A stretch of DNA of 64,000 bases from Candidatus Omnitrophota bacterium. Its GTDB lineage: Bacteria; Omnitrophota; Gorgyraeia; B26-G9. Every line of letters begins with the position of its first letter. Within the stretch, counting starts at the first letter, position 1. Below, one piece after another: positions 1-7,767 of the stretch. The DNA is taken from positions 5,922 through 69,921 of the forward strand of contig JAHJAO010000031.1 in assembly GCA_018813905.1 (NCBI GenBank). The letters run 5' to 3'. A model generated the notes under the pieces. It saw only the letters and a list, made by a program, of their open reading frames with translations, searched no databases and was not told where the DNA came from. A program made the position numbers and the translations under genes.

Positions 1-63
1 TAAAATTGTTTTTAGAAGAGGACACCAAGGCGCGTGTCCTGATTTTTTGTCAGGGGGTCGAAA

Positions 64-471
64 TTGGCTGTAGAAACACTTAAAAACGCAAAAAAAGTGC
101 TGATTGTAGATGATGAAAAAATGCTCGCTTTTCTTTTAGCGCGTATCCTGAAACTGAAAGGATATCAAACCGCGGTGGCCTATGACGCGTTTGAAGCGAT
201 AGCGTTAATCGAAAAGGGAAAATTCGACCTGGTTATTGCCGATATCCGCATGCCGGAAAAATCAGGGTTGGAATTGATTAAAGAGATTAATCAGCGCTAT
301 CCGCAGGATGGGCCGAACTTTTTAATCTTAACCGGATTTGATTTTGAACTTCCTGCGGACCAGATGCAGCAACTGCGTATTGCCGGTATTGTCCAAAAGC
401 CTTGCCCGCGCATTGAAGAGCTTTTCAAGCAGGTAGAAAACGCTATGCAAAACCCTGGATTAGCCGCCTGA
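64..471 (+). CDS. Stand-alone response regulator receiver (CheY-like REC) domain protein; apparent TTG start preceded by AGGGGG Shine-Dalgarno
   Basis: ORF translation shows the REC hallmarks: the acidic pair VDDE, the phospho-acceptor context LVIADIRMP, and the conserved K in QKP. An RBS-like AGGGGG lies 6-7 nt upstream of position 64. Confidence 0.8.
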   Translation: MAVETLKNAKKVLIVDDEKMLAFLLARILKLKGYQTAVAYDAFEAIALIEKGKFDLVIADIRMPEKSGLELIKEINQRYPQDGPNFLILTGFDFELPADQMQQLRIAGIVQKPCPRIEELFKQVENAMQNPGLAA

Positions 472-574
472 TTTAATCCTGTCTAAATTAAACACATAAC
501 ACAGTGCCTGAGTTGAATTTCTTTTAAATATAAGGTATACTTTTACACTATTTTTTAGGGCGAGGTATGTCTAA

Positions 575-1012
575 ATGAAAATATGGCGTTATTGCTATAA
601 GCTGATTATGGTTGCGGTGCTGGGACTATTCGTAAACGTTGGTTATTGTTCGGCGGCGAGTTCTGTTTTATCGTGTCTTAATGGAGCAGATAATCGCGGA
701 ATTTTGGCTCCCGCAATAAAAATCGGTTCCATGGATGAGGCTTGGACAAAGATATTTTTGATCGGGGCAGAAGCCGATTTACCATATCTCGATATCGTTG
801 ACGTAGCGCCGGAGCATGAATTTAAAAGGATCCATTCTATCCCCAGGACTTGGGATGTCGAGTTTAGAGATTCGTGGCACTACATTAAACGTTTGATTTT
901 AATCTTAAAAATTGAAATGCAAAGGGGAAATATTAAAGGTTATACACTCCCGTCTTTTGATGAAATATTACTGGTAGGGGGGGGGCGGGGCAGGAGATGG
1001 AATATACTTTAA
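575..1012 (+). CDS. Hypothetical secreted N-terminal domain protein (signal peptide); likely the 5' part of a gene disrupted or phase-varied at the G9 tract
   Basis: N-terminus MKIWRYCYKLIMVAVLGLFVNVGYCSAASS looks like a signal peptide. The ORF ends 27 nt after a G9 homopolymer and overlaps the next ORF. Confidence 0.4.
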   Translation: MKIWRYCYKLIMVAVLGLFVNVGYCSAASSVLSCLNGADNRGILAPAIKIGSMDEAWTKIFLIGAEADLPYLDIVDVAPEHEFKRIHSIPRTWDVEFRDSWHYIKRLILILKIEMQRGNIKGYTLPSFDEILLVGGGRGRRWNIL

Positions 1013-1578
1013 GGGTGTTAACAAGAGAGTTCAAGATACAGCCTTCCATAGTGCATGTCGTGAATCCCAACCCGAACGATTTAAAAATTTTTAAATTTTA
1101 TTTTAAATACGAGACCGAGAAATTAAAGCAGGAATTTCCCAACTTGCGTGCAGTTAGATTTTATCCGACATTTGGGGAATACATCAACAGATATTTCAAG
1201 CCGGGATCTGGCCGGGGTGGAATTTCTTTAGCTTTTGGCGGGTCGGTATTTCAATGCGATGTTATGAATGATGTTGAGCAGAAAGAAACGGTGCGTTCAG
1301 TATGGGATGTGCTTAGCCCTGGGGGTATATTTACCTATTTTGGGTACTCGAGCAGTGTTTTTAAACAGGATATTATGGCTCTTATCCCAAAGGAAGAATT
1401 CTTTTATAGAGACGACAAGTTTGATATTTATATTAAATCCTTAGACCATGACGCCGAAGCCGTCAAGATGAGTTCCGCTCCCCAAATTTTAGCTAATCCG
1501 GAAAGGGGAGCGCTTAAAATTGGGGCGATAAACCTTCCTGCAAATAGTATCCTACAGGCCATAGAAAAGTCAATATAA
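997..1578 (+). CDS. Class I SAM-dependent methyltransferase-like domain protein (3' part of the split gene)
   Basis: Motif I-like KPGSGRGGISLAFGG, acidic CDV, and post-I/II VWDVLSPGGIF (LKPGG-like). It lies in the frame reached from the upstream ORF by a +1 slip at the G9 tract. Confidence 0.5.
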   Translation: MEYTLRVLTREFKIQPSIVHVVNPNPNDLKIFKFYFKYETEKLKQEFPNLRAVRFYPTFGEYINRYFKPGSGRGGISLAFGGSVFQCDVMNDVEQKETVRSVWDVLSPGGIFTYFGYSSSVFKQDIMALIPKEEFFYRDDKFDIYIKSLDHDAEAVKMSSAPQILANPERGALKIGAINLPANSILQAIEKSI

Positions 1579-1808
1579 GTTGGTGAAGAAGGATAGTTCA
1601 AATCATACCGGCAAGTTATTGTTGAAACCAGTCCACAGCCTTAACGAGCCCCGGGAAAAACGCTGTTTTGCCGGTTTCTCCGTCAAATATATACTACTTC
1701 CTATAATCTTAGCCTGTTTTAAGCAAAACTTTCAACCACATTTCTGGACTGCGGGGGTGCGTTTTCAAAGGGATATCCTTTAATAAAATTAATAAAATTT
1801 TTTGTGTG

Positions 1809-1837
1809 TTGACAAGCTCAGATTCTTGTCATAGAAT
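1809..1837 (+). promoter_or_regulatory. Sigma70-type promoter (TTGACA - 17 nt - TAGAAT) upstream of the DUF134 gene
   Basis: Exact -35 TTGACA at 1809-1814, a 17-nt spacer, and -10 TAGAAT at 1832-1837. The downstream ORF starts at 1916. Confidence 0.55.
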
Positions 1838-1842
1838 AGATA

Positions 1843-1864
1843 ATTATGAGTAAGCACTCATAAT
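1843..1864 (+). promoter_or_regulatory. Perfect 9-bp inverted repeat (ATTATGAGT-aagc-ACTCATAAT) overlapping the predicted +1; candidate operator
   Basis: The palindrome is read directly from the sequence, immediately downstream of the -10 element. Confidence 0.45.
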
Positions 1865-1915
1865 AAATAGGGTGTTAAAAGTAGGTAAGTTTTAGTAAAT
1901 TAAGCTGAAGCTAAT

Positions 1916-2242
1916 ATGAAATCGCGCGGAAGGCCTAAAAAGTATAGAATAGTCAGAATTGACCCCATGATCAGCCAATTTAGTCCCAGAGGTAGGCCCG
2001 GAAGACCGGATGAAGTAGTTTTAGGGGTAGATGAGTTTGAGGCTATCAGACTAGCTGATTTTATGGGCACAAGCCAAAAAGAGGTAGCTAAATCCATGCA
2101 TGTATCCCAGCAAACCGTTAGCCGGATCCTGAAGAGGGCGCAAAAAACCGTGGCTGATGCTATAGTTAACGGCAAGATCATTAGAATCCAAGGCGGTTAC
2201 TATGCTATCAGCGCTCACGAACAAAATGAAAAAATTGGATAG
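1916..2242 (+). CDS. DUF134/UPF0251 family predicted DNA-binding protein (sigma-70 region-4-like HTH)
   Basis: The N-terminal RGRPKK...PRGRP motif and the HTH 'QKEVAKSMHVSQQTVSRILKRA' are typical of the DUF134 family. Confidence 0.7.
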   Translation: MKSRGRPKKYRIVRIDPMISQFSPRGRPGRPDEVVLGVDEFEAIRLADFMGTSQKEVAKSMHVSQQTVSRILKRAQKTVADAIVNGKIIRIQGGYYAISAHEQNEKIG

Positions 2243-3047
2243 TTTAACTAAAGATGAATTAATCAGTCTATATATAAATGATAGAAAGTCCTTGGATGAT
2301 ATCGCTAAGATTTATGATGTTTCTCGGGCTGCTGTTTACAAGAGACCGAGAAAATATAACATAAAACAGCGCTCTAAATCGGAGGCAAGAATTGAAGCAC
2401 AAAAACAAGGTAAATTACCACAGGGATTCTTTGATATAAACGAGAACTTCTTTAACAGCTGGTCCTCTGAAATGGCATATGTATTAGGTTTAATTATTAC
2501 GGATGGCTGTGTATCTAAAGCCGGAGTAATTTCTTTATGTATTAATGATAAAGAATTGCTTGAAAAGGTTAAGAAAACTATGAATTCTGAACATCAAATT
2601 AAGCCATCAAAACACCAAAAAAATCTATATTACTTTCATTTTGCCAGGGATAGGATAACCAAAGATTTAGAAAAATTAGGCGTTGTGCCCAGAAAAAGTC
2701 TTACGGTTAAATTTCCTGATATTCCGCAAGAATATCTGTCTGATTTCATAAGAGGCGTTTTTGATGGTGATGGCAGCGTTTTCTTTGATAAGCGTAGACC
2801 AAACTTTCCATTAAGGTCAAAATTCGTGAGCGGTTCAGAGGATTTTATAGAAGGTTTACATGTAAGTCTTAAGCTTTTAGGTATGCCTGAAAGGACGGTA
2901 TATAAGCAAAAAACCAAGAATGGCTGGAACTATATGTTTATATATGACCATAAAGACAGCATAAAATTATTCGGGATTTTATATAAAAATATCCAAAACG
3001 GATTATTTTTAGAACGTAAATATAAGCGTTTTTTAGAAGGTTTTTAA
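2226..3047 (+). CDS. Free-standing double-motif LAGLIDADG homing endonuclease with N-terminal HTH domain
   Basis: Two LAGLIDADG motifs: AYVLGLIITDGCV and IRGVFDGDGSV. An N-terminal HTH is present (DIAKIYDVSRAAVYKR). The start is chosen at the internal Met to minimise overlap with the upstream gene. Confidence 0.8.
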   Translation: MKKLDSLTKDELISLYINDRKSLDDIAKIYDVSRAAVYKRPRKYNIKQRSKSEARIEAQKQGKLPQGFFDINENFFNSWSSEMAYVLGLIITDGCVSKAGVISLCINDKELLEKVKKTMNSEHQIKPSKHQKNLYYFHFARDRITKDLEKLGVVPRKSLTVKFPDIPQEYLSDFIRGVFDGDGSVFFDKRRPNFPLRSKFVSGSEDFIEGLHVSLKLLGMPERTVYKQKTKNGWNYMFIYDHKDSIKLFGILYKNIQNGLFLERKYKRFLEGF

Positions 3048-3070
3048 GGGTTTTTTAGGGAGAAATATAA

Positions 3071-3277
3071 GTGGAAAAAGAACTGGAAGAATGGCGCAAA
3101 TTACACAGGTTTTATCTTTACACCAGCAGTTATGAGACTAAAGATCTGGCTAATTTTTTAGGTGTTAGCTCCCGGACAATGCAGAGGTGGCTGAAAGAAA
3201 AAACTAAGCCAAGTAAAGAACAATTAGCCCAAATCAAGATATATATAGCTAAAAACCAAGTCAAAACTTCCTTATAA
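3071..3277 (+). CDS. Small HTH-domain protein (68 aa)
   Basis: HTH-like segment LANFLGVSSRTMQRWLKEK. It follows the endonuclease gene by 23 nt. Confidence 0.45.
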   Translation: MEKELEEWRKLHRFYLYTSSYETKDLANFLGVSSRTMQRWLKEKTKPSKEQLAQIKIYIAKNQVKTSL

Positions 3278-3597
3278 GCAGGTCTTTTATTGTTTCTTCT
3301 TAATGTCGTACTATTGCCTATAATATATCTTATGTTAACTTGTGTATGGGGAGGATTCCCGCGGGCTATCCGTTGCTGAATATATCAGTTACGTCAATTT
3401 GGCTTTTGCGGGCTTGCGCTGATTGCGGCGGCTATTCCCCGTTTACAAATCCCTTCATTTCTGGTATTGGATTATAATCGTCTTGTGGTTGGTTTTTAAA
3501 GCAGCCACTATATGGCCGGGTCAAATTCCGGCTAATATTTCGCCGCTCCGGACAAGGTTTTCTGGCCTTGGCTTTGCTTCACAGCTCGCGTTGCAGC

Positions 3598-3748
3598 GGC
3601 TCGCAGGCTCAAATCCGAACTTTGGGTAGTACTTGGCATGGCCTAAAACGATTACGAAGCTGCAGCCCTGTTCTAGGAGCTTTTTAAAGCCCTCTTTTAC
3701 GAGCCGGCTGCTAATGCCCTGTTTTTGGCGTTCCGGCAGGACGGCCAT
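3598..3748 (-). pseudogene. Truncated GNAT (YhbS-like) acetyltransferase remnant, C-terminal part only
   Basis: AVLPERQKQGISSRLV...VIVLGHAKYYPKFGF matches GNAT motif A through the C-terminus. An in-frame stop lies immediately upstream of the first Met, no N-terminal half is present, and the reading frame runs on into non-GNAT sequence. Confidence 0.5.
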
Positions 3749-3889
3749 GGGCGCAAGGCTAAACCCATCAAATTTAGCGCTATTTCAGCCCTGATTTTGC
3801 CATTTTCAAGAATTTTTTTGCGGTTCGCTTGAGGAGCTTTTTTCTGATATAATACCAAGGGATATATATTGATTCAATAAAATAAACGT

Positions 3890-4999
3890 ATGGAAGTTAT
3901 GGCGAAAATCTTTTTTTGTATTTTAGTCAGTCTTTTGATTATTCTAAATGGGCAGGATGTATTTGCCGCTAGTTGCCCATATTGCGGGCAACAGTACGGC
4001 GATCCGATGCCCGGAGATGAAGCTAGAGTTTATGCTCTTCGCGCGCAGCATGAGTCTTCATGCCCAGCCCGTTCAACAACCCCAATGTTTGACATTGACA
4101 CAGACGATGGCCTTCGGCCCGGAGGAACCTCTTTTTTTGGCCTTGGCGGGGGCGATTCATCAAGAAATGTTGATTCTAAAAAATCTAAAGAACCGCTTTT
4201 TTCAAAAGGAAGTAAAACATCGGCTCCGGTAGACCTTAGATTTCTAAACATTGAAAGCGATCCGCAGGAAATGTTAAAGGAGCAAGCTGAATTTGATAAA
4301 ATGAATGCGGCCTGGCTAGAAAGACAGAAAAAAGCAATTAGAGAAGCTAGCATAAAGAATAAGTCTTGGACTAAATCAATTATAACTTCTATAAAAACCA
4401 CGCACGTCCCCTCCCCCCTCTATCAGCCCCACGACCTGGATGGTTTACAGCCCGGTGATATTCTGCTTATTGCTCCGGAAGCAGATGACTCCATAAGTAA
4501 TACCGTTGCCTTACTTGATCATATTTATACAAGGCGCATACTGACCTCTGGTGAGAAACAAAGCTCCGTCTCCCATGCCTTAACCGTTGTTAAAACGGTA
4601 AATGGAAAACTATTGTTCCTGGATCATACTTCCGTTGTGGGCAGCCATATATTCGGGGAAAAAGAATTTTTAAAAAATTACGGACACCGGGGTATATACG
4701 TTGCTAGGCCGCAATCAAAAGTAGATGGAGAAGTGCTATGGCAAACAGCCCAAGAGGCAGCAAAAAAAACAATAAAAGATGATAAGGTGGGCTGGGACTG
4801 GACTACTTATGGTCTATTTGGCAAAGATGCGGTTTGTTCAGAGCAAGCGGCTTTAGCCGTAGTCAAAGCTACAGGAAAGCCTCTTTTTAAGAAAAAACTG
4901 ATAGATAACTTAAAACCGATAGAGGTTACTCCGGCAGATTTATATGATCCGGAATATTTCAGCAATTACTTTGTCGTTACTCCCTTAGCCCAAAAATAG
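3890..4999 (+). CDS. Secreted hypothetical protein (signal peptide); C-terminal region possibly a permuted papain-like (NlpC/P60/YiiX-like) fold
   Basis: Signal peptide MEVMAKIFFCILVSLLIILNGQDVFA. The C-terminus has His-containing segments (LLDHIY, FLDHTS) ahead of a CSEQAALA cysteine. The fold assignment is speculative. Confidence 0.55.
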   Translation: MEVMAKIFFCILVSLLIILNGQDVFAASCPYCGQQYGDPMPGDEARVYALRAQHESSCPARSTTPMFDIDTDDGLRPGGTSFFGLGGGDSSRNVDSKKSKEPLFSKGSKTSAPVDLRFLNIESDPQEMLKEQAEFDKMNAAWLERQKKAIREASIKNKSWTKSIITSIKTTHVPSPLYQPHDLDGLQPGDILLIAPEADDSISNTVALLDHIYTRRILTSGEKQSSVSHALTVVKTVNGKLLFLDHTSVVGSHIFGEKEFLKNYGHRGIYVARPQSKVDGEVLWQTAQEAAKKTIKDDKVGWDWTTYGLFGKDAVCSEQAALAVVKATGKPLFKKKLIDNLKPIEVTPADLYDPEYFSNYFVVTPLAQK

Positions 5000-5054
5000 T
5001 TTGTAGTGATCGAGGATTTTAAATATTCAAATATTGTTTTTCTCTATTTTTCCA

Positions 5055-5675
5055 TCAATGCTTCCCCAGTGTATTCCAGATAGCGGTATTTAATTTTATT
5101 AACTCATCGTCGGTGTATTGCGTTCCCATTATATCTAGTTCAAGCACTACGGTATCTTTTGATGTGATTAACATTGTTTGAAGTTGCTCCATCCCGCCAT
5201 TTCTCACTTTTTTGCGGCTGATAAAAGCGCTTCCTCCTTCGGGCACTGGAATTGTCTTATAATCGGATGACAAAATCCTATCCTTGTATTCAGTATCTTT
5301 AAGCAACTGAATCTTCTTCTCCGCTTCCACAAAATCCGCGCTACTCTTTTTATCCGTTAAATGCAGAAATACAACAACTGTAGCCTGCCAAGCTGTTCCA
5401 TCCGCCAGCGTTATCCCTAAACAATCTTGGATGTTTTTTAGTATGCCTTCTATGCGTTTTGCGGGAAGCAATTTCAGCGCGTCGCGCAGCATCTCTTCTG
5501 TAACAAACAGCTCGTTTATGAAATTATTGAGAAATTCGGGAATAGTTTTCAATCGCTCACTGATTTCATCCTTATTAAAATATCCGCTGTCAAAAACCCT
5601 CGCCTTTTCTCCCTCTGCATATACCAAGCCATTTAAACTGAAAATAACAATAAACAAAAACATAAACATTTTTTT
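5055..5675 (-). CDS. Secreted hypothetical protein
   Basis: The internal start MKKMFMFLFIVIFSLNGLVYA is a signal peptide. The upstream extension of the ORF overlaps the neighbouring gene and is probably not translated. Confidence 0.5.
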   Translation of the reverse strand, partial: KKMFMFLFIVIFSLNGLVYAEGEKARVFDSGYFNKDEISERLKTIPEFLNNFINELFVTEEMLRDALKLLPAKRIEGILKNIQDCLGITLADGTAWQATVVVFLHLTDKKSSADFVEAEKKIQLLKDTEYKDRILSSDYKTIPVPEGGSAFISRKKVRNGGMEQLQTMLITSKDTVVLELDIMGTQYTDDELIKLNTAIWNTLGKH

Positions 5676-5748
5676 CATCTCTATAATCCTCATAATTAAT
5701 CCTATTCTTTGTCGTCTCTCTGGCAATACATAGTTATTCTCGACATTA

Positions 5749-6579
5749 TTATTTATAACAACTTGTTCCTTCTTCATCCATGATCGGTTGTTTAAACTGG
5801 TCAAAGGCAAGAATAGCTGTATGCTTGGCAGAACCGGCTTTAATGCACTTGCTAACCACTTTATAAGTTAGTTTTTCCCCGGGCTGGAGAATCGGAACCG
5901 GTTCAAAGCGAGTTAAACCTGATTTATGTTTAAAGCCTGTAGGGCCTTCGGCTGCGACAAATTCCATTTCCTTTGGAATTTTACTTTCTATTGCTACATT
6001 GGTGCATGGAGAAGTTCCTTCGTTCCGGGCTTCAATTACATAGATTGTCTGCTTGCCTACTTCTACCGGATCTTCTGTGTCATATGATGAAATATGTATG
6101 GCCGGGATACCTGTTATTTGAGTTTCTACAATAGCCATAAGCGGCTCTCCTTCTGAAAAGAAAAGCTTAGAATCTATGCGAGCGCGTCCTGTTGCCGCAG
6201 CTCTTAACTCTAGTTCTATTTCAACGTTATCACCAGGGGCAATTTCACCAAGGCGCCAAGCAACTGAAGCTAATGAATCTTCTTTAGCCGGAGTAAATAC
6301 TCCTTTGGGGGTGGAGCTGATGTATGCAAATTCTTTAGATAGCCTAGCCGTAACTTCTCCTTCTTTTTTGGGTTCTTTTTTAGTGTTAAGAACAGTAATC
6401 TTGTAATTAGCGCTCCGATTAAGAAATAATAGGCGTGGGCCGGCTAAAGAAAAGATTTCAGGAGAGGGCTGAGGTTTCGCACCAGTACAAGCGGCAAGAG
6501 AAATCATAATGACAAATATTAAACTACCTATAAGGATAGCGCTGCGTTTATTTAATTGTGTTTTTCTCCGCGTATTCAT
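5749..6579 (-). CDS. Lipoprotein, DUF11-like repeat domain protein
   Basis: Lipobox LAAC after the N-terminal hydrophobic segment. The sequence is beta-rich and repeat-like. Confidence 0.5.
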   Translation of the reverse strand: MNTRRKTQLNKRSAILIGSLIFVIMISLAACTGAKPQPSPEIFSLAGPRLLFLNRSANYKITVLNTKKEPKKEGEVTARLSKEFAYISSTPKGVFTPAKEDSLASVAWRLGEIAPGDNVEIELELRAAATGRARIDSKLFFSEGEPLMAIVETQITGIPAIHISSYDTEDPVEVGKQTIYVIEARNEGTSPCTNVAIESKIPKEMEFVAAEGPTGFKHKSGLTRFEPVPILQPGEKLTYKVVSKCIKAGSAKHTAILAFDQFKQPIMDEEGTSCYK

Positions 6580-6606
6580 ATTGTCCTCCTTTTCTTTGCG
6601 TTATAA

Positions 6607-7077
6607 TTATTTCTTTTTATTAAAAGGGCTCTTTTTGCCGATCGTTTCCTGAAGCAGGCCCATGGGGCAGATCATGCACCAGGCGCGGTGCTTTTTTATT
6701 GTGCCCAGGATAATGGAAATTATGGTGGTTACCAGGCACATGATGACAAAGACTGAACCAATGGCCAGCAAGTTTCCTCCGGTGCGGATTATCCGGATGA
6801 TAAGAAAGCTGATAAACAAAACAAATATCAGCCAGCGGAACCAAATTTTGCTGAAAATTTTCGGCAGGGGTTTTTTGGCGCTGACTTTGGATAGGATAAT
6901 ATCTAAAAAAGCGCCTCGCGGGCACAGGTTCCAGCACCAGTACCGGCCTTTAAAAAAAGACAGGCTTAATAAAACAATCATCATGGCCAATACCAGATAG
7001 CCAAGTATTGGATAAAATAAGCCGCCGATGACGATAACCGGCAGAAACCAGATCATTACAGCTTGAGTTTTCTTCAT
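6607..7077 (-). CDS. Membrane protein with 4Fe-4S-binding-domain-like CxxxCP motifs (NapH/CcoG-type polyferredoxin-like)
   Basis: YWCWNLCPRG and WCMICPMG motifs are embedded between predicted TM helices. Confidence 0.55.
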   Translation of the reverse strand: MKKTQAVMIWFLPVIVIGGLFYPILGYLVLAMMIVLLSLSFFKGRYWCWNLCPRGAFLDIILSKVSAKKPLPKIFSKIWFRWLIFVLFISFLIIRIIRTGGNLLAIGSVFVIMCLVTTIISIILGTIKKHRAWCMICPMGLLQETIGKKSPFNKKK

Positions 7078-7274
7078 TTAACCCCCTTTTAAAATATGCC
7101 TTAATTCTAACCCCTAACTTTAACCGTTGCAACAATTTTTTTTGCGGCCAGCCTCTCCCCTGCCACTCCCCTTCTGAAAATTAAACGTAACATTATTCTA
7201 TAATTATATGTAATAGAATAAGTTATGATTATTGAAATTTGAGATTTATTTGGTATTTGAGATTTGGGATCTGG

Positions 7275-7766
7275 TTATTGTCTTTTTTTCGTCCTTAGGC
7301 GGCGGGTGAATTTCAAAAGCTTTATCGGTCCCAACCCCATGCATGCGCGGCGCTTGAACCCGTTTTTCTGGCAGAGGCTGTTTGCGGCTTTCATCTTATC
7401 GGTTGTGCAAAAGTTTATAACACGGTAGCCGTTATTCTCGCAGAATTCTACCGCCTGAACAATCAGCTTATTACCCAGGCCAACGCCCCGGAACTCCGGC
7501 GAGACAAATATGCGGCGCAGGAGTGCGGTGTTGCGGTCGTCTTCTTTTATGGCGATTGTGCCGACGACCATATTCCCGTTGACCGCTACAAAGAAAATAT
7601 CGCGCTTGCCCGAGTAGGCCTTGCTCACATCGTTTATGTCCAGCTCAGAATAGGTCTGCCGGTCCAGCGGGAATTCCGTGTTCATAATCGAGCTTATAAG
7701 CTGGTACACTTGCAGCTGGTCCTGCGGCTTGAATTTTCTGATAGTAATATCTACGTTCATTTTCAT
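7275..7766 (-). CDS. GNAT family N-acetyltransferase
   Basis: Motif A RRIFVSPEFRGVGLGNKLI and a C-terminal NGF segment. Confidence 0.8.
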   Translation of the reverse strand: MKMNVDITIRKFKPQDQLQVYQLISSIMNTEFPLDRQTYSELDINDVSKAYSGKRDIFFVAVNGNMVVGTIAIKEDDRNTALLRRIFVSPEFRGVGLGNKLIVQAVEFCENNGYRVINFCTTDKMKAANSLCQKNGFKRRACMGLGPIKLLKFTRRLRTKKRQ

Positions 7767-7767
7767 A

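Noticed and set aside
1580-1783. 67-aa plus-strand ORF following the methyltransferase-like gene
   Set aside because: No RBS, no motifs, and an odd composition. It is probably noncoding spacer ahead of the promoter at 1809.
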